Assembly (NCBI GenBank): GCA_965249485.1
Contig: OZ252239.1
Span: 1,056,001-1,120,000 of the forward strand
Source of the DNA: a bacterium
Lineage (GTDB): Bacteria > SM23-31
Direction: 5' to 3'
DNA length: 64,000 nucleotides
The notes below the pieces were generated by a model, which was not told where the DNA came from, searched no databases, and worked only from the letters and a program-made list of their open reading frames with translations. Numbering within the stretch: the first letter of the stretch is position 1; each line of letters begins with the position of its first letter. The position numbers and the translations under genes are program-made. Below are positions 54,515-64,000 of the stretch, piece by piece.

Positions 54515-55498
54515 ATGAGAATATCTATTACTATAGTTTCACTCATGTTCGTGTGGCTGTCCTTCTGGGTAACATGTGGGCGTCTCGATGTGCTTGGACC
54601 TGCAGTGATTGGTTTAATGCAGGAAGAAAGTTCTGAAAGCGGACAATCCGGAACAGAACCGCCACCGTCAGAAGAACTTGGTACGGTTTCAGTTGTAGTA
54701 GAACGTCCGGGATATGACAGCGAACCACACTATTCTCCGGAACTAAATGCCATTGCATTTGTATCCGAAGAAGAAGGAAGCAAAGATATCTGGCGGATAG
54801 GACTTGACGGTTCAAATTTGCTCCGGCTGACGTCACTATCCGGCGAAGAAACAGCTCCGGTTTGGAACAATACCGGAAATACCATCGCATTTACTTCAGA
54901 CTCGCTCGGCAATCAGGACATCTGGATCATGTCAAATACCGGCCAAAATCTGCAACAAGTTACCTCCGATCCTGCGAACGATGCTATGCCCGATTTCAAT
55001 CCCGGGGGAACACAGATCGTCTTCACTTCTGACCGCACAGGCAATCCAGATATCTGGATCATCACAATTGCAACAGGAGATACAACAAGGCTCACATTTG
55101 ACACTGCAAACGACTTTCGGCCCCGCTGGTCGAGCACTGGTCTCATCGCATTCGTTTCTAACAGGAGCGGAAGGAATGAAATCTGGACCGTCTCCGCAAC
55201 GGGAGGTGAACCACAGCAAATTACAAACAGAGTAGCGGATTACGACATGCCGTCATGGTCGCCATCCGGCCAGTTTCTAGGGTATACCTCCAATCGTTCA
55301 AGCAACTGGGATATCTGGATTCAGGAATTCAGTGGCAACACACCGCGTGCTATTTCACCGATACAGGCAACGCTCGATGTCAAATTTGACACAGGACCAT
55401 CGTGGATCAGCGAAACCGCCGGCCTCATATTTTCATCAACTCGCGACGGCGACCTCGACATCTGGCAGATGCTCTTCTTTGAACCGCTAAATCCGTAA
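54515..55498 (+). CDS. TolB-like PD40-repeat protein
   Basis: Repeated P.W/FS...IAF.S.R.G..DIW units. Confidence 0.85.
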   Translation: MRISITIVSLMFVWLSFWVTCGRLDVLGPAVIGLMQEESSESGQSGTEPPPSEELGTVSVVVERPGYDSEPHYSPELNAIAFVSEEEGSKDIWRIGLDGSNLLRLTSLSGEETAPVWNNTGNTIAFTSDSLGNQDIWIMSNTGQNLQQVTSDPANDAMPDFNPGGTQIVFTSDRTGNPDIWIITIATGDTTRLTFDTANDFRPRWSSTGLIAFVSNRSGRNEIWTVSATGGEPQQITNRVADYDMPSWSPSGQFLGYTSNRSSNWDIWIQEFSGNTPRAISPIQATLDVKFDTGPSWISETAGLIFSSTRDGDLDIWQMLFFEPLNP

Positions 55499-55710
55499 AC
55501 TTACCGCATATGTTTTTATAAAATAGAATGTTATATCGTTAAATTATGTGTGTTGTTATTAAAATAAAAATATAATGTCGCTCACAATCAATTCAATATT
55601 AAACTAAATCGATATTATGCCGATAACAAAAAAAGTATACTGAGTGGAATTCAAATGTTCCCAATGATGTTGTTGTGGTTATCATACTCCGGCTAAGCGG
55701 CAAAATTACC

Positions 55711-55739
55711 TTGACATTTCAGATTTAAATTTGTACACT
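55711..55739 (+). promoter_or_regulatory. sigma70-type promoter upstream of porU
   Basis: TTGACA (55711-55716), 17 nt, TACACT (55734-55739). Confidence 0.65.
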
Positions 55740-55943
55740 TATTTTCACTAAAAATTCGTTTTTTACAGAAAGATTGCCTATACTCGTTCGTTAAAGGTTT
55801 CTACAGGATTTTTTAAGTTATCATTATAATTACCTGTCGAAGTATACCTTTTCGGACGATTTTTATATTTTGGGCGTCAAAGGTCTGCTTTGACGCCCTT
55901 TTTTCGTTTATGAGGCAGGTTACTGAAATAGTTCTGAAAACAC

Positions 55944-58900
55944 ATGAGTTGGTTGAATCGAATATTCCTGAACATATTTTTTGCTGCAGTATGCATCGCC
56001 ATAAGCAGTCTGTTTGTTGTGCCTGTATATGCGCAGCAAACGGACACAAAGAACAGCGAAATTGAAATTATTGAAAACGGCATGTTGGGAATTACTATCA
56101 TCTATACTCCGAATATAGAATTGAAAACAAGGACAGTGAGAACGAGCATATATACATCATTCAACCTTAACCGCGGAACCCACAACGCTCTGCCAGGTGA
56201 ACCGGTTATTCCGGCGCGGCAGGTGCTCATTGCTGTTCCCGAAGGGTCAAATCCGGTAGTCTCGCTGTCGGAAAGTGATTTTTCCACACACGACAACGTC
56301 ACCGCTGAGAACGCTCCCGGTACCGCATTGTCCGATTCGGTATTCATGCAGAACAAATGGCTGAATGGAGAAGTCTATACAACAGGAGAACCAGGTTACT
56401 TTCGTCTACAGCGTGTACTGCCTGTTACTATCTATCCGGTTCAGTACAATCCTGTACAACATGTAGCACGAACTGCCCGGCGGATTGTCACTTACATCAA
56501 TTTCAATGTCGATGCTCAATTATCAAGAACCGTTTTATCACGTGCCGTCGATACACAATCCGAAAATCTTTATAATAATCTGATCCTTAACCACGAATCA
56601 TCCAGAAACTGGCGCAAACAGCCGGAAACACAGCCGCTGCAAAAATCCGGACAATTTATAGACGGCCTTCTCTTTACTGTTACCATTTCGGATGAGGGTA
56701 TTTATAAAATTACCTATAGTGATCTTGTTTCCGCGGGCCTTACACCAGAAACGATCGATCCCCGTTCCATAAAAGTGTATAATAATGGTGGCAGGCCGCT
56801 GCCGGAAGCTATAACCGAAGCAAGACCGAACGGACTCGTCGAAAATGCAATCAGAGTAACCGGCGAAGAGGATGGAAGTTTTGATCAAGGTGATCTTATA
56901 CTTTTTTACGGTAGGGATACAAACGGGTGGGAATGGACTCGTTTCAATGAAGTCCGTCATTATCAGAGTGTTTATGCACGTGAAAATATTTATTGGATAT
57001 CATTCGGCGGTGCATCGGGAAAACGGATGGAAACAGAACCGCTTTCTCAAAGTACCACCCAGCTTCAGACGTCAGGAAGGGCACTTGTCTACCGTGAAGA
57101 TGAGCGGGAAAAAATCCACAATTCCGGTAATGATTGGTTTATGAACATAATGCTGGGTGGTGACTCGCGGGAATTTATTACAGTTCTTCCCGGATATAAA
57201 GTCGGTTCCGATACACAGACACGGGTATTGGTAACATTACCTGTATTTGCTTCAGGTTCTTCGCCTCACAGAGTCAGTGCTTCAGTCAATAAGAGTGATC
57301 CGGTAATCGTTTCAACGATCGGTTTTAGCGATAGAGTTCTCCGGGTAACTACGCCGCTCAGCGATGACGGAATCAATACTCTTGAAGTTAATTATTTATC
57401 TGCACCAGGTCCCGGAAGGACGCTCTATCTTGATTGGTATGAAATTGATTATGAGCGTAACCTCCAACCAGTGGAGGGGGTTGTGAAATTTTATTTGCCG
57501 CCGGACCCTGGAAATAATCAGGAAATGCTATATAGACTAATAGGATACACAAACGAACAGCCGGATGTGTATAATATTACAGAATTTGATGACGTGCGAT
57601 TGCACGCTGTTATCTATAACGCGGGTGACGGATCAGCTCAGTTTTCCGCAGCGCGAGGGGCGGAACTGCAGCAAATTTATACGGTCGACAGTGGTAATTA
57701 CCGTCAGGTTCCAGCACTGAAACCTCGAACGTACCGTGATATCAAGATCAGTAACATCGTTGCCGACATGATCATCGTTTCTCCGAGAGAATTTGAATCT
57801 GCCGCGCAGCCGCTTAAAGAGTTCAGGGAATCTCGGGATAATATTCGCACTGAGATTGCCACAATTGAGGATATCTATGATAATTTTTCTGGAGGGCTGC
57901 AGGACCCTATCGCACTGAGAGATTTTGTGAAATTTGCATTTGATAACTGGACCGATGAACTTGACACTCCGCCTACTTATCTGCTGCTGTTCGGGGACGG
58001 TAACTACGATTACCTCGGTGTCAGAAGCACGTCCGCTCCGATATACATACCGCCCTATCAGCTTAACAGTATATTCGATCTGACAACTCGCACCTTAGAC
58101 GATTTTTTTGTTCGTGTCAGTGGGAACGACAATATTGTCGATCTTGCAGTCGGACGTCTTCCGGTCCAAAGTGTCGACATGGCACAGGGCGTGGTAAACA
58201 AACTCATCACCTATCAGGAGAATCCAATATTCGGGCCGTGGCGGAACCGGATCGGTTTTGCTGCAGACGATGAAATAACGCCCACATCAGATTTCGAGGA
58301 AATCCACACAGAGCAGTTGGAGTTCGTAGCAACAGCGGACTATATTCCTAATTATCTTGAGCAGCGGAAAATTTATCTTATGGAATTTCCTGCAGTTAGC
58401 GATGTAACTTCGTCCAGTGTCCGTAAACCGGGCGCACAGGATGCAATGGTCTCGCTCATGAACGAAGGTACGCTGATTCTTAATTATGTCGGTCATGGTA
58501 ATGAACGGTTATTAGCGCACGAATGGCTCCTTAACCGGGAAATCGATTTGGAGCGAATCGACAATGGGAGAAAACAATTCTTTTTTTACCTTTCTTCATG
58601 CACTTTCGGCAGATGGGATATTCCTAACGAAGACTCGATGGGTGAGCTTCTCGTCACCGAACCGGATAGAGGTGCAATTGCCTTAGTATCGGCGGCACGC
58701 GACGTTTTTGCAGGACCTAATCATGCACTGATGGATGCGTTTTATAGAAACTTTCTCAACGGAACACGGAAAACTGAGCCCATCGGTCTTGCCTTTATGC
58801 AGGCGAAAATTGAAGAGAACCAACCGAACAGCGAAAAATATCATCTGCTCGGTGATCCCAGCATGATTCTAGAGTTTCCCGATAATTTTGTCTCTATTTC

Positions 58901-59927
58901 CTCAATCATACCTGACTCTTTACAGGCACTTGCCGGTGTTCAGGTGAATGGTTCAATTCAATCTCAGGCCCCATTTGAGGGGACGGCTTTTCTTTCGGTT
59001 TTTGATGCAGAAAAGAACGGAGAGCACATAATGAACAATGGAAATATTGTTCATTATAAGCTTCCCGGTTCGTCAATTTTCAGGGGAAATACAACGATTG
59101 ACGCATCTTCAGGTAACCAATTTTCCATGGAGTTTATTGTGCCGAAAGATATCACATATGGTGGAAAAAACGGCAGAGTCAGCCTCTATTTATGGGACGG
59201 TGAAACCGACGGTTCGGTTGTGATAGAAAATTTGAATGTCGGTGGAACAAAACTTGGCGTCGTTGATGTAAAAGGGCCGGAGATTGAAGTACTCTTTGAC
59301 GGTCGCCAGTTTATTTCAGGAGACATCGTGCAGCCCAAACCTGAGCTGGAGCTTCGTCTCTCCGATCCTCATGGTATTAATATTACCGGTGAAGTCGGCC
59401 ATAAGATTGAACTTGCCGTAGATGACAATCAGAGCACAGTTGATTTGAGTACATTTTTCGAGTATGATAACGGGAGTTTTTCAACCGGCAGCGCAGTAAG
59501 ATCACTCCCCGGTCTTACTCCGGGAGAGCATTTGATTTCTGTAAGGGCATGGGATAATTTTAATAATTCCTCCACGTTTAAAGGAATTGTCCAGGTCATC
59601 GCAGAAAACGAATTGACAGTTCAGGATGTCTATAATTATCCCAATCCGTTTGTGAGCGAAACACAATTCACCTTTCAGACCAACGCTGCTGCTGACGCGG
59701 AAGTAGAAGTGAAGATTTTTACTGTTGCCGGGCGGCTTGTAAAATCTCTGTCCTATTATCATTCTGGCGGGTCGTCATTTTTCGTTTCGCCTCCTTGGGA
59801 TGGGACCGATGACGATGGCGACCAACTTGCTAATGGTACGTATCTTTATAAACTCATTACACGGTCAAACGAAGGGGGATCATTCAAACAGATTGAAGCA
59901 CTCAGTAAACTTGTAATAATGAGATAA
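55944..59927 (+). CDS. porU: Type IX secretion sortase PorU-like (C25 gingipain family)
   Basis: YLLLFGDG, VGRLP, NYVGHG (His), SSCTFG (Cys), LLGDP, AWDNFNNSS, YNYPNPF...WDG.D..GD.LANG.YLY. Confidence 0.88.
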   Translation: MSWLNRIFLNIFFAAVCIAISSLFVVPVYAQQTDTKNSEIEIIENGMLGITIIYTPNIELKTRTVRTSIYTSFNLNRGTHNALPGEPVIPARQVLIAVPEGSNPVVSLSESDFSTHDNVTAENAPGTALSDSVFMQNKWLNGEVYTTGEPGYFRLQRVLPVTIYPVQYNPVQHVARTARRIVTYINFNVDAQLSRTVLSRAVDTQSENLYNNLILNHESSRNWRKQPETQPLQKSGQFIDGLLFTVTISDEGIYKITYSDLVSAGLTPETIDPRSIKVYNNGGRPLPEAITEARPNGLVENAIRVTGEEDGSFDQGDLILFYGRDTNGWEWTRFNEVRHYQSVYARENIYWISFGGASGKRMETEPLSQSTTQLQTSGRALVYREDEREKIHNSGNDWFMNIMLGGDSREFITVLPGYKVGSDTQTRVLVTLPVFASGSSPHRVSASVNKSDPVIVSTIGFSDRVLRVTTPLSDDGINTLEVNYLSAPGPGRTLYLDWYEIDYERNLQPVEGVVKFYLPPDPGNNQEMLYRLIGYTNEQPDVYNITEFDDVRLHAVIYNAGDGSAQFSAARGAELQQIYTVDSGNYRQVPALKPRTYRDIKISNIVADMIIVSPREFESAAQPLKEFRESRDNIRTEIATIEDIYDNFSGGLQDPIALRDFVKFAFDNWTDELDTPPTYLLLFGDGNYDYLGVRSTSAPIYIPPYQLNSIFDLTTRTLDDFFVRVSGNDNIVDLAVGRLPVQSVDMAQGVVNKLITYQENPIFGPWRNRIGFAADDEITPTSDFEEIHTEQLEFVATADYIPNYLEQRKIYLMEFPAVSDVTSSSVRKPGAQDAMVSLMNEGTLILNYVGHGNERLLAHEWLLNREIDLERIDNGRKQFFFYLSSCTFGRWDIPNEDSMGELLVTEPDRGAIALVSAARDVFAGPNHALMDAFYRNFLNGTRKTEPIGLAFMQAKIEENQPNSEKYHLLGDPSMILEFPDNFVSISSIIPDSLQALAGVQVNGSIQSQAPFEGTAFLSVFDAEKNGEHIMNNGNIVHYKLPGSSIFRGNTTIDASSGNQFSMEFIVPKDITYGGKNGRVSLYLWDGETDGSVVIENLNVGGTKLGVVDVKGPEIEVLFDGRQFISGDIVQPKPELELRLSDPHGINITGEVGHKIELAVDDNQSTVDLSTFFEYDNGSFSTGSAVRSLPGLTPGEHLISVRAWDNFNNSSTFKGIVQVIAENELTVQDVYNYPNPFVSETQFTFQTNAAADAEVEVKIFTVAGRLVKSLSYYHSGGSSFFVSPPWDGTDDDGDQLANGTYLYKLITRSNEGGSFKQIEALSKLVIMR

Positions 59928-60053
59928 GTAAAAAAATGATAAATTACACATTTTTGGTACAAATATTGCACACTGTTATCTGTTTTCATTCAGTAATAAG
60001 CGGCAATTACCAAGATAACAACATAACATATTGTTTTTAAAGGAGGTAATACG

Positions 60054-61106
60054 ATGAAAAGGACCGCATCGGTATTTATTATAGTAGCACTTTGTGCAGT
60101 TTTTACCGGAAATCTTTTCGCACAGAGTGAAGCGACAGCAGAATTTCTGCTCGTTGCACCCGGCGCCAGACCAGGAGGACTCGGTGAGGCAAATGTTGCA
60201 TTAGCGAACGACGCTTACGCAACATATTGGAATCCGGCAGGATTAGGTTTTCTCCGTGGAACACAGGTGAGCGGAATGCATGCGAAATGGCTTCCTGAAT
60301 TGAAGCTTGCCGACATGTATTACGATTATGCCAGTATTATCCGCCATTATGAAGGTATTGGCACAATGGGATTGAGTGCTACCTATATCAATTATGGTGA
60401 TCAGACCCGTACTGATACACAGGGTACTGATCTCGGGACATTCACAAGTTTCGAATATGCTATCGGCCTGTCATATGGTACCCGTCTACTCGATAATCTT
60501 GCTGTTGGAAGTACTGTCAAGTTTATCTATTCCGGCCTATCACCATTTAGTGCCGGTGAACAACAGGGTGACGGTAAAGGCAGTTCAGTAGCCGTCGATC
60601 TCGGTGTCTTGTATAAACCGAAATTTGCAGAACGTGTGACATTTGGTGCTAATTTGCAGAACCTCGGCCCGAAAATAACGTTTGTTGATGCTGATCAGGC
60701 TGACCCGATTCCAACAAATTTGAAAGCCGGTGTTGCATATCAGGCACTGAACAGTATCTATAACAAATTGCTCCTTACCGTAGATTTCAATAAATTGCTC
60801 GTCGTAAAGAATGAAGATGGATCATCAGATCCTTTTTATGAAGCTGTTATTACATCATGGACGCAGGGCGATTTCATCAAACGGGCAAGTATCGGAGGTG
60901 GTGCAGAATACAAATATGCAGATATTTTTGCGCTTCGCGCAGGTTATTTCTATGAAGACATCGGAAAACGTCGGTTTGCGACATACGGCGCTGGACTCCG
61001 GTTTTCGATCTATCAATTTGATTTCGGCTATATTAGTGGATCAGACAACCATCCGCTGAACGACACTATGCGTTTTTCACTCAGTTTTGTTCTCGATGAA
61101 AGTTAG
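60054..61106 (+). CDS. porV: PorV/PorQ-family outer-membrane barrel
   Basis: FLLVAPGARPGGLG, YWNPAGL, NLGPKI, LRAGYF, HPLNDTMRFSL; directly after porU. Confidence 0.85.
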   Translation: MKRTASVFIIVALCAVFTGNLFAQSEATAEFLLVAPGARPGGLGEANVALANDAYATYWNPAGLGFLRGTQVSGMHAKWLPELKLADMYYDYASIIRHYEGIGTMGLSATYINYGDQTRTDTQGTDLGTFTSFEYAIGLSYGTRLLDNLAVGSTVKFIYSGLSPFSAGEQQGDGKGSSVAVDLGVLYKPKFAERVTFGANLQNLGPKITFVDADQADPIPTNLKAGVAYQALNSIYNKLLLTVDFNKLLVVKNEDGSSDPFYEAVITSWTQGDFIKRASIGGGAEYKYADIFALRAGYFYEDIGKRRFATYGAGLRFSIYQFDFGYISGSDNHPLNDTMRFSLSFVLDES

Positions 61107-61122
61107 TCATAGTTATATGACA

Positions 61123-61217
61123 GGCGCTTCCCGAAAGACTTTTAACAAAGCTTTCGATCGGTTGAATTGTTTTGTGGATCTGGTGCAATCCACACAATTT
61201 CGGGAAGCGCCGTTTTT
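61123..61217 (+). terminator. Long stem-loop followed by a T tract after porV
   Basis: GGCGCTTCCCGAAA (61123-61136) pairs perfectly with TTTCGGGAAGCGCC (61198-61211), then GTTTTTT. Confidence 0.55.
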
Positions 61218-61296
61218 TACTACCGCATTACTCATTGCATGACCATTATCACAAACCGGAATTGTATATATCAGGGAGGAAATTCACATCGTACCT

Positions 61297-64000
61297 ATGA
61301 TACTATCTCTGCAGAGATCTCAATACCTATCATTCCGATTCTTATTCTACCAATTGATTACAGCAGCATTAATCTTAGTGAGTCAGTCCGGTTATGCACA
61401 ATCGGGTGATCCGGTTCCGCTGCTGCTGAAAAAATCAGTGAAAAAGCAGACTATCCCGTTGTCGCAGAAATCTGTTGCTCAGAATGGCGAACAAACATTC
61501 CGTATTCTTGCAATCAGAGCAGAATTCCAGACCGATGACAGCCAGTTTACCACGGGAGACGGGACGTTCGATTATTCTGCAGAAACAGAAGCAGTAGTCG
61601 ATCCTCCTCCCCATGACAGAATTTATTTCTTAGACCAGCTCGAAGCGCTCAAACGGTATTACAATCGTGTTTCAAACGGCATGGCATCGATTACATACGA
61701 TCTTTACCCTGCCGGTGACCGGGAAGCCTACACGCTTCCAAATCTAATGGAATACTACAATCCCAATACGACGGATGATGAGTTGAATCAGCGGCTCGGA
61801 GAACTTGTGAGAGATGCCATTGAACGAGCAGATGTGGATCCATCAATAGATTTTTCTTTATATAATGCAGTCATTATCTTTCACGCTGGTGTCGGAGCCG
61901 ATTTTGCTTTTAATTCCGAGGAATTTAACCCTACTCCATTTGATATTCCATCTGCATTTTTAAACCTGAATGATCTGCGCAGCAGTGTTGCTAACGAACA
62001 GGTTGATTATTTGGGGATTCCAGTTGACGGAGAAGCGGTCCACGTTACCAGTGCAATAATTTTGCCGGAGACTGAATCGAAACAGGGGATTGAACTGGGT
62101 CTAAACGGTATTACTGCGCACCAGTTCGGCCACTATTTCGGACTTCCTCCTCTCTTTAACACAGTAAACGGCAGAACCGGGATCGGTAAATGGGGTGTAA
62201 TGGATATCGGATTTGGCAATCTCGACGGCGTTGTTCCTCCTGAACCGAGTGCATGGAGTAAGGTGTTTCTTGGTTGGGAGACTCCAGTTGTCGTTATGCA
62301 AGGGACTGAATTAACTGTAGTACCTCCAGAAGCGGTGTCGGGAACAAAAATATATAAAGTGCCTATTTCTCCAACAGAACATTTTCTCATAGAAAACAGG
62401 CAGCAGGATTTTGCCGGAGACAACCTAAAGGTAGTACGGGGCGCATCGGGAGTAATTCTAGAGGTTGATGATTACGACATAGATATACCCGGATCGGGGC
62501 TTCTGATCTGGCATATCGATGAGCGTATCATTGCCGCCGGATTGAGCAATAACAGTGTCAATAATGATCCTGATATACGTGGTATCGATCTCGAAGAGGC
62601 CGATGGTTCACAGGACATTGGTGAGCCGTTTCCCGGAATTCTTCCCGGATTCGCAACACCGGCTAACGGAATCCCAAATGATGCGTTTTTCGAAGGGAAT
62701 AATACCGAATTCACACCGGAATCTGTGCCGAGATCCCTTAGCAACGACCGGGCAAACAGCCAGATATCGATCACAGGGATTAGTGAATCGGGTAATGTGA
62801 TGACTTTTTCTGTCGTACGGGATCTGTATGTAGACGGTTTCCCGCTTTATCTTGGGGGAGATTTTACTGATATGGTGCCGATTTGGACAAATCCTTTATC
62901 TGCCGATTCGGTAAAAATTATCATTCCTTCAAAAGATGGAAAAATTTTTGCCTTAAATGGTTCAAATCTGCCATTCGTTGATAACGGTTCGACGGCAATA
63001 AAAACTGACAGTTATGGTAATGAAGAAATTGTGCCGATTTCCTTGTTTATTGACGCCGGAAAATCTCTTGCAGGCGCTCCTGCATTTGTGGGTAATGAGA
63101 GTGGTCTAGAAAACCTTAAAAACAAATTGGTTGTGGCGACAGAAAAACCGGAATTGCAGATATATTCTTTACAAACAGAATCGGGAGGACAATTCGGAAA
63201 TCGTGATGCTCAATGGGATCTTCAAACCGCTCTATCGGTTCCTGTTATGCTGTCCCAATGGATTGTAGCTGGGGGAATTGGCGACATCACCTTCTACGAT
63301 GCAGGGGGAGTGGTGGTAAACTCATACTCAACCGGCGATATCGTAACCGGTCTGACTGCTACGGGAGCAAGCTCGGGGACACCCGAAATTTTTACAGTTA
63401 CATCTCTGGGACTATATTTTTCGTTTTTCGGTACACAGTTAGAACAATCGGGAAATTTGGGAGTCGATCAACCGTTTTCTCCATTATTCACCGATCTGGA
63501 TAGTGACGGACTCGATGAATTGATAGCCGTTTCGCCAGATGGTGCAATGGTTAGAATTCGCGGAGAGTCCGAGAGTTTCAACCTGCAAAGTAGTGTTTCA
63601 GGAGATCCTGCTACAGGCGATGTAAACGGGGACGGTTTCCGGAATATTGTGATTTTCGACGATAATACTATCCGTGCGTATTCACATAACGGCACCCTAT
63701 TACCGGGCTTTCCAATTGCTATAAGTACATTCGGATTGAGCGGTTCAATCAGTACCGAACTTATTCTCGGGGATGTGAACGGTGACGGAAAACAAAACAT
63801 CCTTTTCGGCACTACCGCCGGAAGTGTTGTAGCGATTGATGAAAACAGTTCCATCATACCGGGATTTCCGCTTCCGCTTGGCAGCAGTGCCACAGGTTCT
63901 CTGACACTGCAAAAGAGTGCTCTGGAAGACAGGATGGAGCTTGCAGCTCTCGATAGTGATGGCTATCTTTATCTTTGGGATTTGACTACCTATAGCGATA
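61297..64000 (+). CDS. M6/immune-inhibitor-A-like domain plus FG-GAP/VCBS repeat protein, partial (absent from ORF track)
   Basis: Manual translation from ATG 61297: RILAIRAEF, IIFHAGVGADF, AHQFGHYFGLP, GIGKWGVMD, SAWSKVFLGW, EHFLIENR, GLLIWHID, LEEADG, GDVNGDG repeats; no stop seen before the window end. Confidence 0.8.
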   Translation, partial: MILSLQRSQYLSFRFLFYQLITAALILVSQSGYAQSGDPVPLLLKKSVKKQTIPLSQKSVAQNGEQTFRILAIRAEFQTDDSQFTTGDGTFDYSAETEAVVDPPPHDRIYFLDQLEALKRYYNRVSNGMASITYDLYPAGDREAYTLPNLMEYYNPNTTDDELNQRLGELVRDAIERADVDPSIDFSLYNAVIIFHAGVGADFAFNSEEFNPTPFDIPSAFLNLNDLRSSVANEQVDYLGIPVDGEAVHVTSAIILPETESKQGIELGLNGITAHQFGHYFGLPPLFNTVNGRTGIGKWGVMDIGFGNLDGVVPPEPSAWSKVFLGWETPVVVMQGTELTVVPPEAVSGTKIYKVPISPTEHFLIENRQQDFAGDNLKVVRGASGVILEVDDYDIDIPGSGLLIWHIDERIIAAGLSNNSVNNDPDIRGIDLEEADGSQDIGEPFPGILPGFATPANGIPNDAFFEGNNTEFTPESVPRSLSNDRANSQISITGISESGNVMTFSVVRDLYVDGFPLYLGGDFTDMVPIWTNPLSADSVKIIIPSKDGKIFALNGSNLPFVDNGSTAIKTDSYGNEEIVPISLFIDAGKSLAGAPAFVGNESGLENLKNKLVVATEKPELQIYSLQTESGGQFGNRDAQWDLQTALSVPVMLSQWIVAGGIGDITFYDAGGVVVNSYSTGDIVTGLTATGASSGTPEIFTVTSLGLYFSFFGTQLEQSGNLGVDQPFSPLFTDLDSDGLDELIAVSPDGAMVRIRGESESFNLQSSVSGDPATGDVNGDGFRNIVIFDDNTIRAYSHNGTLLPGFPIAISTFGLSGSISTELILGDVNGDGKQNILFGTTAGSVVAIDENSSIIPGFPLPLGSSATGSLTLQKSALEDRMELAALDSDGYLYLWDLTTYSD

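Overview
The window has two halves. Bases 1-35,700 are an accessory region anchored at a minus-strand tRNA-Leu(TAG) (35702-35788), whose 3' 58 nt are duplicated at 17326-17383. Most genes there run on the minus strand and encode exported hydrolases: six near-complete and two fragmentary M24 (Xaa-Pro peptidase-fold) paralogs, two M28 and one M20 peptidase, two apparently identical GH29 fucosidase copies, a sulfatase and a ceramidase-like protein. A plus-strand L-arabinose catabolic operon and an LVIVD/YVTN gene pair are embedded among them. About 15 full or half copies of one intergenic module separate these genes. It consists of a TACTC-N6-CTGTACGATTTGCGAA site near the upstream gene's stop codon, a sigma70-like promoter at fixed spacing, and often a conserved long leader with a shared signal-peptide start. 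Two rearrangement junctions fall inside this site, suggesting an integron-like, promoter-carrying cassette array; no recombinase is encoded in the window, so this remains inference. Bases 35,800-64,000 look like core chromosome of a probably non-Bacteroidota FCB-type bacterium: a porin/cupredoxin/two-component cluster, purE, rfbD, glycosyltransferases, accA, and T9SS-like porZ, porU and porV, followed by an M6-like protein with HQxxH that runs off the end. Several genes carry nonsense codons or frameshifts, some of which may be sequencing errors. All alignments and counts were done by eye.
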